From NCBI RefSeq assembly GCF_009914755.1, contig NC_060934.1: a stretch of 64,000 nt of DNA. The stretch is one strand, 5' to 3'. This stretch comes from the human T2T-CHM13v2.0 reference genome, Homo sapiens. Below the pieces are notes generated by a model. That model was not told the DNA's origin, did no database searches, and was given only the letters and a program-made list of their open reading frames with translations. Below, piece after piece: positions 1 to 15,793 of this stretch. Position numbers and translations under genes: made by a program. Each line of letters begins with the position of its first letter. Within the stretch, counting starts at the first letter, position 1.

Positions 1-183
1 CTGCAGAGACCTGCTGGGCAAAGGTGGATGGGAAATAATCCAGGTCTTTTCCATTTCTGGAACTCCTGGGGGTCAGGGAGTAGAGGAGGATGTGGCTTCT
101 CAAAACTCACCTCTGTATGGAGAGAGGTCACCACCAAGCTAAGCACACAGAATTTCGACTTCTCTTTCGGTTCCATTTTCTTT

Positions 184-185
<2 letters not shown>

Positions 186-214
<29 letters not shown>

Positions 215-492
215 GACATAGAGTCTAGCTCTGTCGCCCAGGTTGGAGTGCAGTGGCATGATCTCAGCTCACCACAACCCTCCATCTCCCAGGTTCAAGT
301 GATTCTCCTGCCTCAGCCTCCCGAGTAGCTGGGATTACAGGCATGCCACCACACCTGGCTAATTTTTGTATTTTTAGTAGAGACGGGGTTTCGCCATGTT
401 GGCCAGGCTGGTCTCGAACTCCTGACCTCAGTTGATCCACCTCGCCTCAGCCTCCCAAAGTGTTGGGATTACAGGCGTGACCCACTGCGCCC
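186..492 (-). mobile_element. Alu SINE (AluS-type), full length
   Basis: poly(T) 186-214 followed by reverse-complement Alu dimer. Confidence 0.95.
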
Positions 493-952
493 TACCTCTT
501 TCTGCCCCCTTTTCCTCAGACCCTGTGGCTCATGCATTGCCTTCATAAAATTCTAGTAGTTTATGCAATCGATTTTGCTATTTGGGAAATCCTCATGTCT
601 GCCTTTAGTAGACTATTTTGACTGAGAACAGGGATTTCAGTTATATTCCTGCTGCTGCTTGAATTCCAGAGAAGCTCACTAAAGTCATCAGAGATGTGTG
701 CTATTGGGGCTTCCATTCCCAATGAGAAGATTGTTTGGTTTCATTTCCATTTGTACCTCTCTAATTTCCCATCACTTCATAAAACATCAAAGCCAAAAGT
801 GAGTTTTAAATTTTAAGACTTCAGGTGATACTAAGGCACACTTAAAACTTTAAAAAATGTGTTTTTATGCATAGAAAGCTGTTACAGATGTATTAAATGT
901 GAAATCAGAGAGAACATACATAACCATCCCTTTTTAAAAAATTTTTATATAT

Positions 953-953
953 A

Positions 954-999
<46 letters not shown>
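953..999. repeat. (CA)n microsatellite
   Basis: ~22 CA units read directly. Confidence 0.97.
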
Positions 1000-1000
<1 letters not shown>

Positions 1001-1097
1001 TCCCCCCCACCATTAAATATATGCGTTGAAGTCCTAACCCCTAAGATAATGGTATTCGGAAGTGGGACCCTAGGGAGGGGACTAGGTCATGAGGGTG
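1001..1097 (+). mobile_element. MaLR (MLT1/MST-type) LTR 5' fragment
   Basis: gttgaagtcctaacccc...ggtattcggaagtgggaccc...ggtcatgagggtg resembles the MaLR LTR 5' part. Confidence 0.6.
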
Positions 1098-1111
1098 TAT
1101 ACGTGTGTATA

Positions 1112-1683
1112 CAGTTGCCTTTGGTATCCACGAAGGATTTGTTCCAGGACTCCCTGCAGACACCAAAATCTGAGATGCTCCAGTCTGTGATATAAAATGG
1201 TGTAGTATTTGCATATAACCTACACACATCCTCCTGTATTCTTTAAATCAAGCTTGTCCAACCCATGGCCTACATGTCACATGCAGCCCAAGATGGCTTA
1301 GAATGTGGCCCAACACAAATTCATAAACTTTCTTAAAACATTATGAGAATTGTTTGCGACTTTTTTTTTTTTTTTAGTTCATCAGCTATCGTTAGCGTTA
1401 GTGTATTTCATGTGAGGCCCAAGACAATTCTTCTTCTTCCATTGTGGCCCAGGGAAGTCAAAGGATTGGACACCCCTGCTTTAAATCATCTCTAGGCAAT
1501 ATATAGGTAATAAAACGTAAAAGCCACGTAAATAGTTGTTATGCTGTATTGATTGGAGAATAATGACAAGGGAAAAAAAAGCCTGTACATGTTCAGTAGG
1601 AATGTGCTTTTTTTCTGAATATTTTTCATCTTTGGTTGGTTGAATCTACAGATTCAGAACCCACAGATACAGAGGGCCAACTC

Positions 1684-1685
<2 letters not shown>
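1112..1685. mobile_element. MER2 (Tigger-family) DNA transposon, interrupted by MER30
   Basis: TA-flanked termini cagttgcc...ggtatcca and gatacagagggccaact; internal MER2 motif gatataaaatggtgtagtatttgcatataacc. Confidence 0.85.
1249..1478. mobile_element. MER30 (hAT-Charlie MITE) with 8-bp TSD CTTTAAAT
   Basis: termini caagcttgtccaa / ttggacacccctg; CTTTAAAT at 1241-1248 and 1479-1486. Confidence 0.9.

Positions 1686-1687
<2 letters not shown>

Positions 1688-1728
<41 letters not shown>
1688..1728. repeat. (TG)n microsatellite
   Basis: ~20 TG units. Confidence 0.97.
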
Positions 1729-1731
<3 letters not shown>

Positions 1732-1876
1732 CATATGTATATGTAATAAGTTTTTATTCTACCTTTATTTATTCCTAACACTCTTCCTCTTTTACATAGA
1801 TGCAAGTACGTACCTATGTATATATACATACATACATACACACATGCACACGTCTGAAAGGATGTTTACCAAAGTG

Positions 1877-2024
1877 CCCTGTGAAGAGGTGCCTTCCACC
1901 ATGATTATAAGTTTCCTGAGGCCTCCCCAGCTGTGCAGAACTATGAGTCAATTAAATCTCTTCCCTTTATAAATTGCCCAGTCTCAGATATTTCTTCATA
2001 ACGGCATGAGAATGGACTAATACA
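1877..2024 (+). mobile_element. THE1/MST-type MaLR LTR, 3' part
   Basis: ccatgattataagtttcctgaggcctccccagc...gagtcaattaaa...aatggactaataca terminus. Confidence 0.85.
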
Positions 2025-2029
2025 CTCTC

Positions 2030-2985
2030 CTAGGTAAGACAGGAAGAGAAGTTTTTTGGGGGAAGCCTGAAATTGGGTATTTCTCTTTCCCCCACGGGGA
2101 TGACGTTTTGTCGAACCCGATCAGCTAGCATCTGGTAAAATAATTTCTTTTGAGGGCAAATCTTGGCTTTTTGAATTTATTATTATCATTATTATTACTA
2201 TTATTATTTATTATTATTATTATTATTGTTATTACTAAGGTCAGATCTGTCACCCAGGCCGGAATGCAGTAGCATGATCACGGCTCGCTGTAGCCTCAAC
2301 CTCCCAGGCTCAAGCGATTCTCCCACCTCAGCCTCCTGAGTAGCTGGGACTACAGGTGTGCACCACCATGCCCTGCTAATGTTTGTATTTTTTGTAGAGA
2401 GGGGATTTCACCATGCTGCCCAGGCTAGTCTCAAACTCCTGAGCTCAAGCAATCCTCGCACCTCAGCCTCCCAAAGTGCTGGGATTACAGATGTGAGCCA
2501 CAGCACCTGGCCACACCTTGTTAAGAAAAACAGAATGCTCTGCTTATTTCACAATGGTTCCTTTTTCCCCTCTGCCTGCCAGAAGTATGATGGGATTTTT
2601 CTCCCATCTTCATTGTGAGAGACTGGTAGGGCTCCTGGAAGTAAAACTCGCTAAGTGTGGGGCTGCTGTAAAACTAGGCCCCTCTGGAGTGTTTCTCTCT
2701 CGGGCTTGTCTTCACGGAGCCTTCATCAATTACAGTTAAGGTTTTCCTACCCCAATACCAGTTATCATGAAGGTTTCTGTTTATGGGCTTCTGCTCCAGT
2801 ATGCTGTCACTCTCTTTACCTACATTTCTGTCTCTCTAATTTTGGGGTCAGTGGTTTGCCCTGTGCCCTTAATTCTCTCATGGACCTAAGAAGATTTGCT
2901 GATTTAAAATTATTCAGCTTTCTTCTTCTGTGGACGGGAGTAGCAACTTTCAAGCTCCCTACATGCCCAATCAGAAATCGGAAGT
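2030..2985 (-). mobile_element. Old L1M (L1MC/MD-type) 5' end region, interrupted by an Alu
   Basis: recalled L1M 5'-end motifs in reverse: gtttgccctgtgcccttaattctctcatggacctaagaag...tttcaagctccctacatg...cagaaatcggaagt. Confidence 0.6.
2176..2512 (-). mobile_element. AluJ-type with (TTA)n-converted tail
   Basis: reverse Alu body with J-type diagnostics (ctcccacctcagcc, ctcctgagctcaagc). Confidence 0.9.
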
Positions 2986-3297
2986 TGTCGTGTAACACTT
3001 TTTATGGCTTATGTTCTAGTTCCCCGTGACCAGACAGCTCATATGAGATCTGGAACACTAAGAAAATCCAAGTACCTCAGCATCATTTTCACAAGTGTGA
3101 TATAAAAACAGTTGTCATTTCTAGCTAGACTTGTCACAGTTTGGGAATTTATATTTCCTATACTAATTATAAGTCTGATTTATTTCTTCTCAAAGTTTAA
3201 CATGTGTTATAAGAGCAAAATGCCTAAGTATAATAGTTGCAAAATGTGAACATGCAAAAATGAAATTTAAACATGCAATTGGATATATAGTAAAATC

Positions 3298-3588
<291 letters not shown>

Positions 3589-3735
3589 GTGAATTCTTAA
3601 TTATCCACATAAATGAAGAAATAGAGTGGATGAAAATTACTATTGTTTTAGGGGACATACTTTGTCACCTACAATATATATAAGATTTTTCTGAAGATTT
3701 TTTAAATAAAAATATTGGAAATATACATACTGTAA

Positions 3736-4535
<800 letters not shown>

Positions 4536-4896
4536 CAATTTGGAAAGGTTTTCTAAAGTGTCCATTTTTCTCATTCTGCTCCCCTGCTCAGAATCCTTCT
4601 GGGCATCACAGCATCTCATCTCTGACTGATGCAAAATAACAGCTTCAATTCAATGACTCTGTTGAAATGTTTCAGAATTTCAGACATCATCCCAGAATTG
4701 AGGTGTTTTGGATTAAAGTGGCCTTTTTGCTTCAGGGCAAGAAGGAATCGGTCTCCCCTAATAAATTATAAATTCTTCAAGTGCTAGGATATCATGGATA
4801 ATTCATCTTGCTACCCGAGCACAAAACTTGACATATTATAGGCACTCAATATGTGGTTATTAATTGACTGAAAAGACAACACAAGATCCTGGATTA

Positions 4897-5203
4897 GGCC
4901 AGGCCTAGTGGCTTACGTCTGTAATCCCAATGCTTTGAGAAGCCAAGGTGGGAGGATCACTTCAGGACAGGAGTTTGAGACCAGCCTGGGCAATATAACA
5001 AGACCCTGTGCCTACAAAAAAAAAAAATGTTTAATTATCCAGGCATGGTGGTGCATGCCTTAGTCCCAGCTACTCAGGAGACTGAAGCAGGAGAATTGCT
5101 TGAGCCTGGGAGGTAGAGGCTACATTGAGCTATGATTGAACCACTGCACTCCAGCCTGTGCGACAGAGCGAGACTCTGTCTCTAATTAAAAAACAACCAA
5201 AAA
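4897..5203 (+). mobile_element. AluJ-type
   Basis: Alu dimer, TSD atcctggat. Confidence 0.92.
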
Positions 5204-5929
5204 ACCATCCTGGATCTGGTACATCTCTGAGTAGTTAATAAGAACTTGGAAGGCAGAATCGTCCAAGGATAATTTAAAGTAGATGCTCTACTTGTTGATT
5301 ATTAGAAGTGAATTATACAATGCAATTAATCTCTTAATGCAACTTGGGTGTTATAATCTGCTTATACCAAACATTTAAAGGATCATTAAGAATAGATTTA
5401 TTAAGAATACAAGATCTAGAGATCCAAACTCTTCCTGATATTGAAATGTCCTTGTAGAACACAGAAAAATGATTATTATGCTTGTAGAATAAAACAAAAT
5501 GCTAATTTAACCAGCAAGTACATAAAGCTATGTAATAGATTTGTCCTTTTTATTAACCAACTGTATTTTATTGTTTGAGGTAAGTAATATCTGAGGGCTT
5601 CCAAATTACCTTCTTATAATTCATCTTCCTCCTCTCTCTGAGGACCAAGAATAGAACATTTCCAGAAAGGAACTAGGCATTGCTTTCTGTTCATTTGTTC
5701 CTTTAGAAGTGTTCCCCCATTTATAATTAATAATGCCTGAAGTATTTTTTATTGATGGAGGAACCTTAAACTACTTAGAATAAAGGGATACAGTTTCATA
5801 TACAATATGTTCTGTGTTGGGCTTAGGAGCATCCACAGGTGTTCTTACTCAATTTGCCAATTTCCCACCTGGGATCTCACCCCCAAGTACTCTTAAATCT
5901 GATATAGTTTTAATGAACACTCCTAGGAG

Positions 5930-6145
5930 CTTATGATATGCCAGCAGTAATCTAAGCACTCCACATGCATTGACTATGCCTCACAATAACCCTACTAGTA
6001 TTATGATAACCCCATTTTATAGATGAGGAAAATGAGGCACACAGTGTATAAGTAACTTGCCCAAGATCACATAACTAGTAAGGCAAGAATCTGGATTTTC
6101 ATCCAGACCATCTGGCTTTGGAGTTGAATTCTCACCCACCGTTCG
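5930..6145 (-). mobile_element. MIR SINE
   Basis: MIR core cccattttatagatgaggaaaatgaggc...aagtaacttgcccaagatcaca. Confidence 0.85.
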
Positions 6146-6824
6146 ATATTAGGATGAGCTGAGCCTTCTTTATAGTACATGGATACCAGGTTAGGAAGTC
6201 AGAGTCAAAATTTTTCCTATCAATGGAAGTTCTTATCTTTGGAATGTCCTATCGTATTGCCAGGACAACACCTGAGTTTGTTGTTACTTTGCTAGGCCTA
6301 TTCAGAAGGAAAGAGTGAAACCAGCATTTGCTACTGGCTTCTGTGATTCCATTATGTAATTATTTGACCACACGCCCAAAGGCTTTAACAATAGGTACAT
6401 TATAACAATATTGTTGCTTTTAGCTGAAGGCATTCTATATGGTGAGTCACTCTTATCAAAAACCAAATCTCATCAATTTCAGAATCATTTTCCCAGCCCC
6501 TCCCTTTGTAAATATGACATGCTTTCCCACAAAGCATTTGATGATCAAAAGCTTCCCCAACTTCTAAAACTAGAAATGATGCAGGAGACCTAGAGACAGT
6601 GGGAGGCATGAAAGAATGACAGTCAAATATCTGTAAAACAAAGTTTTTAGAATATCTCTTTTACAGGCTTAGCAGGAGTATTAAAGGGTTATTGATTGCT
6701 CTTCTCAAAGGGGTCCCAAGGTTTTTGTTTCTTTAATGACCTACTCAGTAGAGGGTATCTTATGGGTAATCCATCATTCCCAGGTTCTCAAAAAATCTGC
6801 TTCTTAGTAGATAAACTCTTCTAG

Positions 6825-7190
<366 letters not shown>

Positions 7191-7260
7191 AATAGACATT
7201 TTTTTTAAATGCCAGTCATTGTGATAAACATCAGGAATAAAATAAGAGGGTACAATTTCT

Positions 7261-7544
7261 GGCCAGGCGTTGTGGCTCACACCTGTAATCCCAGCAATTT
7301 GGGAGGCCAAGGCGGGTGGATCACTTGAGTTCAGGAGTTCGAGACCAGCCTGGCCAATATGGTGAAACCCCATCTCTACTAAAAATACAAAAATTAGCTG
7401 GGCATGGTGGTGCGTGCCTGTAATCCCAGCTACGAGGGGGGCTGAGGCAGGAGAATTGCTTGAACCCAGGAGGCAGAGGTCACAGTAAGCCAAGATCATG
7501 CCTTGCACTCCAGCCTGGGTGACAGGCCTCAAAAAAAAAAAAAA
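7261..7544 (+). mobile_element. AluS-type
   Basis: Alu dimer, TSD agagg..acaatttct. Confidence 0.93.
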
Positions 7545-8669
7545 GAGGACACAATTTCTGACTTCAAGATGCTCACAGTCTAAAAACAATGAAACATAAA
7601 AAAATATACAAACACCTTGAATACCAATGACGTGATGAGAGTCCCTAGAAAGACTGACTCCGAAGGCACACTTTATTCCAGAGGTGGAAAATCTCCAGGA
7701 CTGACTCGATGTTGAATGTTCAGCGATAAGAAGTTTGCTGGGCAGTCAGGAGGGAACAGAGCACTGCAGACAGAGGGAAGAGCGTGTTCAAATGCACTGA
7801 ACAAGCTCCCAATGCTCCCAGGATGTAGCAACCCAATCACAGGGATGGGGTGGAGTGGAAGGCTGACAGGGAGGAAGAATGGGAGAGAGAAGGTAGAAAT
7901 ATGGGGGAAGACGTGGGTGAGCACCTGGAGACCTGGAAGCTACAGCAGCCAAGAGATTCAAGGAAGCCAGAGATCTGAGCTCACACAGCTAGTAGCTGGA
8001 ACTGGACAGAAAGTTGATTATTGGTGGCTGCAAAGAAATTTGAGAGCCAGAGCCAAAAGCCTGAAATGGTCGGAAACCAGCAGGGGTGCAGGAGTGATGA
8101 GTTGGGGAAGCTTCAAAACCCATCCCCACTGAAATCACCATTATCTATCCCTTCATCACCCACGCTTGGATGATACAATCCAAGTTTTAAGGGCTACACT
8201 AGCTGTACAAACACTATTTCAAGCCAAGTCCTACAGAGCTCCTTCCAACCAGATTGCTTGTCCAAAGCCCTCCTCTATAGAAATTCTAGAGCAACCACTG
8301 AGCAACAGAAGGACAAAGGGAGAAAAAGGTATGAATTCCACAACCTCATTTTGAGTAATAATTGATAATAATTATAGCTGATATTGATTGAGGGCTTACT
8401 CAAGCACAGTACCATATATTTTCCTTGCATTGTGCCCTTGATTCTTTATACAGTCTTGTAAGGAAGCCCGTAATGGACTGTCACTTACAGTGTAGCCATG
8501 TTTATTTGTTGTTGTGGAGATTTCTTCAGCACAAGAATTATCTGCTGTTGAAATCCAGCATCTTTTCACATGCATATTATTTTTAAATGTTGCAAATTCA
8601 AAGATAAAATACTATCATGATATTTCTCCCATTGAAGAATGTAGCTTCCCAAAACTAAAATGTATTTTT

Positions 8670-8968
8670 AAAATTTATTTATTATTTTTTGAGACAAGGT
8701 CTTGCTCTGTTGCCCAAGCTAGAGTACAGTACCGTGATCATAGCTTACTGCAGTCTCGAACTCCTGGGCTCAAGTGATCCTCCCTCCTCAGACTCCTGAG
8801 TAGCTGAGACTATAGGCATGCACCACCATGCCTGGCTAATTTTTTTTTTAATAGAGATGGGATTTCAATATTTTACCAAGGCTGGTCTCGAACTTCTGGC
8901 CCCAAGTGATACTTCCCCCTCAGCTTCCCAAAGTACTGGGATTATAAGTGTGAGCCACTGCCCCCAGC
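8670..8968 (-). mobile_element. AluJ-type
   Basis: diverged reverse Alu dimer. Confidence 0.9.
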
Positions 8969-10586
8969 CTTAAGTGTATTTTAAAATATTTAGATTCTAC
9001 AAAGTTACAATAAATACTGTCAAGTCTAGCAACTCTTTTTTTAATAGAAAAAAAGTTATTGAAGTAAGCATTGATACCAAAAGCAAGCCACGTAACTGTT
9101 TAACAACAAATCATTAAATCATAGAGACTTTGACTATCTAACTGTTCATTTGGAACTAATTACTAATTTTTATGACCTCAAGTTCAATAACTGATCACCT
9201 TTAAAGAATTATTTTGTAATCTTTGTTATTATGAGAAATACAGTGTACTCACTTAAATGTTGTTTACTTAAGGGAAGGGCACCTTTTTCTAAGTCTCACA
9301 AAGCCACTATATGGGCCAGCAGCTGTCCTGGGAGTGGAGCCAAGAATAGAGAAAGGGAAGTCCTATACCCGTACTTTGAGGCCACACAGAGCCTCTCCCC
9401 AGATCTGTCCTGCACAATCCAATTACATCAGCCAACAAATTCCTTTCAGTTTTGCATAAGCTACTTTGGTTCAAGTTTTCAATCATTTGCTACCCCTCGC
9501 CCCGCCGCCCTGACCCCCACCCCCTGCCGCAAAAAAATACTAATACACAGAGCTATGTAGTCAGATGTAATCTGACATGACTCACTTCAGGGAAATCAGA
9601 AAGGAAGCTAATGATGTAGATCAAGGGAAAAATGGGTACTGTTTGTATAAGGCACCTGTAGTGGGGACAGATTCAAGAGGTGATCAAAGCCAGACTGGAT
9701 AGAGAGAACTTGAACACGAATGGGACACAGGAGAGAAGTGCACGGGAGTCATTGAAACGACTCCCACTTCTAAGTACATTTTAGAATTTCACAAATTATT
9801 AACTAATAAAATTAGATAATTTCCTAGCCCTGTCAACCCTCCTTTCTCCTATCTAGATGACTGTCAAATCAATCCAAGCAGTCACCCTAGAAATGTCAGT
9901 AGATACAGTCATCCTTATGAAAGGAAGATCTTCAAATTTTTGGAGAGACATCACTCAACAAGACTAAACCACAAGGAAGAAACAGCAAATGATAATAAAG
10001 GAGGAAATACACCTAGCTCAACTTGAGTGACAGACATAAAATTAACCCTACTTAGGGTGTTTTCTAAAAACATAAATCTTCAAGTTGTCAGGGTGATGTT
10101 CAGCCTAAACATCACAACATATCCAGATGTACAGTATATTCTAGTAATTAAATTGACTATCTGTCACCAGGAAGGACTTTTATTCCCACTGAATATATTC
10201 CATCCATGAACCTGCCAGACCGGCTCAAAACATGAGACAGGTGCTTTCAATGACTGGCTAAATACTGGATGTCAGCCATTTAGTTGCATAACTGTCATTC
10301 CAAGAGTTGAAAAACAAACTCATCTTCACTGTTTTTATACCATGTAACCACATACCTCCCTCCCTCTCTCTCCTTAGAGTTTAAAGTATACATGCAAGTA
10401 ATTTAAAATATACATGTGAACTAGTCAAGTTTAAAATAATCACATGTATATTTTATACTCTAGGGATAGTAAATTAGCTCTCAGTAAATTCAAAGTTACC
10501 AAAATATACTACAATCCAACAGAAATATTGGTGCTATTTGATATTAATTACAAGCACTCTGTAAATATTTTTTATTCATTTCATAA

Positions 10587-11344
<758 letters not shown>

Positions 11345-11866
11345 TTGTCACTAGCTTTATTTTGGCACTATTGATACTGGAGACAGCTCTTTATTTCTGA
11401 ATCTCTCCACTTGACTGGCTTCAAGGACACTACTCAGCTTGTATGCAGTACCAGAACTCTTCTGAACAATTCATTTGACAAAAAAATAGTTTTAACCACT
11501 CATTGGTATCACTTTGACCCAGTCTATGTCAATATCATTAAGCATTCTTTTAAAAGCTCAAGATTTTGCTCTAAACTTTTTCTGTATAATGCTATCTTTC
11601 CTCTAATACATGTCCAAGCTTTGCTGCGAAGGAAATGCATGACAGCATTTTTCATGAAGTGCGAATTTTTTTTCTCGGATGTTATTTCGTTTTCTCACAT
11701 TCCCAGTTAGCAGTTGTGATGGATCTCATAGTTACAAACTAAAAGCATGATGAAGATACATTGGCACAGATTCCTCAGACAAATCGTGGCATATTTAATT
11801 TTGCTCTTCCACTTGTGAAAAAAATGGTTACTTCTCTTCTAGTGAATTTTATCCAGTGATTTTCTC

Positions 11867-12033
11867 TAGCCATGGCACTGAGCCCTGGCTGTGCATCAGA
11901 ATCCCTATGAGGTTGTTTAAACATACAGATGCCCAGGGCCCTGCTGCCAGGAATTCTGAAGCTGTAGCTGGCATTTGTATATTTAAAAGCTCCACAGGTA
12001 ATCTTGATGGACAGCCAGGGTTGAGAACTGCTG
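11867..12033. mobile_element. MER5-type hAT MITE
   Basis: ctggctgtgcatcagaatc...tttaaaagctccacaggtaatc...cagccagggttgagaactgctg. Confidence 0.8.
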
Positions 12034-12209
12034 TTCCACAATATGTCTAGAAGTTTTTCTTCTCAGAGAATGGAGTATAAAGTTGCATTAATTCCCAAAT
12101 TTTGAAAGCAGCAATTAAACATTGATCCATGTTTGTATATTGTGACTCAAATAGAGAAGGGGGCTGGAGTGAGATAAAGAGAAAAAGGATTACAGCTTTG
12201 TCCCCCTGT

Positions 12210-12802
12210 GAAACCATCCCTAGAAGCTGTATAAAATTTAATCAGGGAAGAAGTGGGGAAGGGGAGAAACAAAAATGAAAATAAGTCAGGCTTACAGCAC
12301 ACTCAGCATTGATCACAAGGTCAGCCTTCTCTCTGGCCTCCTTCCTCATAACTCTTTGGGGACCATTCTCCTAGAAACACATAGACCCTAGATTATGGTT
12401 TCCCTTTACAGCTCCATAGATGGCAACTTGAGCATTACAGAATGTTAAGTTTTCCCTTTGAGATATTCTTCCAGGTCCTACATACCAGTGAAACTACTGA
12501 TGTCGGCTGGTCTTTGAGACCCCATGAGAAGCTAACTCACCAAAAAACGCAGTTTCCATGTCCTGATGATTTCATCTTCCTTACCCTGACCAATCAATAA
12601 TTCCATTCCTCCAGCCCCTCACCCTCCATGATTCCCTTAAGAAACCCAGCCCAACTCCTCCAGGAGATGGATTTGAGGGTCTCCTCCTATCTCTTCCCTC
12701 AGCCACCCTGCAATCATGAAACTCTGTCTCTGCTGCAAACCCTGCTGTCTCGGTGTGTTGGTAAATTACACAGCAAGAAAACAAACCTGTTGGTCATGTA
12801 AC
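12210..12802 (+). mobile_element. ERV1 solo LTR (LTR26-like)
   Basis: starts tgaaaccatccct...aaaatttaatcaggg, ends ctgctgcaaaccctgctgtctc...aacctgttggtcatgtaac; homologous copy at 22662-23249. Confidence 0.8.
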
Positions 12803-13664
12803 GTCTGTAGCATCATACCTTACAGTGATCACAGCCTTCACCAGCCTCCTCTGAATACCAGTTTCTTCCCTGTATTTCACAGCTGTCTGCTGCCTGGATA
12901 TTCCTAAATCCTTCAGCCTGCTAGGTCACCTTGTCCTCTTAGCTCATGAGAAAACTGATGTAAACCCCATTTCATTAACTGGGGGAAATTCAAAGACCTT
13001 TTCCATATCTTTAGGATGTATTAGGAAGAAGAACAGGAAGTGTGGAACTGTCATTTTTCTGGGCTCTTTGGTCTTCAGGCTGCTGCTTCCTTTAAAATCC
13101 CTCTCTGTGCCTCCTGGTTTTGCCTCTGTGCACACAGCATCCTGCTGAATAAAGTTTTGACACCCTCCTTCCCAAAGCACCACCATCACAAAAAGGAGGA
13201 TGCTAGCAAATGTGGAATGTAGGTTTAGGCAATAGAGGTGGGCTACTCAGAGCATAGAACAGCTAAAAACTCCAAGTTTAATATTAAGAATCTGTGCTGT
13301 AGAAATCCCTTGGCCATTCTTATTCCAGAAGTCCCTTTGTGTCTGTCCCTCCATAAAGAGCCTCCCCATTGCTAGGTTACTTGCCTAGTCTTCCATACAT
13401 ACCCCTCCCACTGCCAGCACCAGCCACTAGTGCCAGCTACTTTCCCCATGCAGAGTAACTTAGCTCTTCTTCTGCCCAGAGCCTGCCCTATGACAGACCT
13501 TCCCCTATTATTCTCCCAAAACTGTCTAATTATTGAATAATCAGAAAGTGACCATTTTCTCTTTCTCGGGAATTTTACCACCTGCTTTTAAGCTAAATTG
13601 TTTCTGTCCATCAAACTGGTACCCAATTACCTTACAGGGATGGGCCTAAAAGAGATTAATTTTT

Positions 13665-14031
13665 GATTTTTTATTCTATTCTACTTTTTATTTATTTTTA
13701 TTTTTATTTTATTTATTTATTTGCACCACTGCACTCCAGCCTGCACAACAGGGTCTTGCTGTGTTGTGCAGGCTGGAGTACAGCAGTGCAATCACAGCTC
13801 ACTGCAGCCTCCAACTCCTAGGCTCAAGCAATCCTCCCACCTCAGACTTCTGAGTTGCTGGGACGACGGGTGTGAGCCACCACACCTGGCCAAATTTTAA
13901 TTTTTGTGTTTTTAGAGATGGGGGGGGTCTCACTATGTTGCTAAGGCTGGTCTCAAATTCTTGGACTGAAGCCATCCTCCCACCTCAGCCTCCCAAAGTG
14001 CTGGGATTACAAGAGTGAGCCACTGCATCCC
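13665..14031 (-). mobile_element. AluJ-type carrying a 30-bp fold-back duplication at its 3' end
   Basis: reverse Alu dimer; inverted copy 13721-13750 of 13762-13791. Confidence 0.9.
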
Positions 14032-14328
14032 AATTGGAATAATTAATTTTTTAAAAAATCATTATGTTTCTTTGGACTCTTGAAAGATTTAACAGAAAGT
14101 CCTATCACAAACCTCTTGAAAAATCCCAAAGTCTTTACCAATTGCATATTAGGATCTTTGAATGTGGCATATCTGAATTCTTCCTATTCAAGTGGAAGCC
14201 CCCTTAAATGTATGTATCAGGCAACTGACTAAAACTAGATAGTACACAGTCACAGGTGGGCACATGAACACAGCTCAAGGGTGATTCAGAGAAGTGACTG
14301 CTTGGACTGATCTGAGAAGGAACTGTGC

Positions 14329-14942
14329 TGTCAGGAGGCAATGCATGGGTGGCCACCCACATAATCCTTCAGGATAAGCCACACATCTCTCCAGCTGCTG
14401 GGGACATTGGCAGCTAAGGCTCACTGGTGAGTCCCTCTCCAGAAGTCACTCTTGGCCAGAGAAATCTACCCTCCCCAAGATGAGGCTCTCACACCCAGTG
14501 TGTGCCAGGAATTTTTTGACAACTGGCTGGAGGTTATGGAAAGCCTGATTTGTAGCTTGTCAAGGTATCAAGACTCCAGTCAATGTGAATTTGAAGCTGC
14601 AATGTGGCATTATTGAACACAGAGCTGGGGAGAGACTGTACACTGTTGGCTCTAAACTGCACTGAGATAGCCCTCATCTCATGGCTGGTTAAAGCAGGCA
14701 ACCACAGATCATCTACTTGTCTCAGTCCAAACAACTCTGGGATGGGCCATCCTAGCTCCAGAACACCCCATGGGATCAGCTGAGGTCTCAGCTGCAACTT
14801 AATGGTGTTTCCATTTCTGCCCCAGCCCAACCCTGCATTCCTCGCTACCCTACAGGTGCTGCACCAAAGAGCATGCGGCCCCCACTCGCTACTCAGACTC
14901 AGGGTCTCAGAGTCTGCATCTGAGGAAACCTGACCTAAGACG
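14329..14942 (+). mobile_element. ERVL LTR16-like element
   Basis: caactctgggatgggccatcctagctccagaac...gtctcagagtctgcatctgaggaaacctgacctaagac terminus. Confidence 0.65.
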
Positions 14943-15010
14943 ACAGCTGACTACATCTATTGACTGTTTTCATCCAAATTGGTTGTGTGAAGTGACATAT
15001 TCCAAGGGAC

Positions 15011-15395
<385 letters not shown>

Positions 15396-15527
15396 TGAGC
15401 ATCCTGGAGTCAGAGCAGAGGCGAGCTGTGGTCAGCTGGCATACCTGGACCAATGTAGGCCAGCTGAATGTCATTTTGAATTTTGGTGACCTAAGGTTAC
15501 AGTGATGGAGATGATTTAAAAAGTGGA

Positions 15528-15793
15528 GGCCAGGCACAGTGGCTCACACCTGTAATTCCAGCACTTTGAGAGGATTGTGCGAGCCCAGGAGTTTGAGAGC
15601 AGCCTGGGCAACAGAGAGATATCCCGTCTAAAAAAATAAAAAATTATCTGGATGTGGTGGCACAAAACTGTAGTTCCAGCTACTCAGGAGGGAGGATTGC
15701 TTGAGCCCAGGAGATCGAGGCTGCAGTGACCTGTGATCACACCACTGCACCCAGCCTGAGTGACAGAGCCAGATTCTGTCCAAAAAAAAAAAA
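15528..15793 (+). mobile_element. AluJ-type with small internal deletions
   Basis: Alu dimer with A tail. Confidence 0.9.

Noticed and set aside
953-1728. (CA)n and (TG)n as inverted termini of one element
   Set aside because: Independent common microsatellites; the intervening DNA is explained by MaLR, MER2 and MER30.
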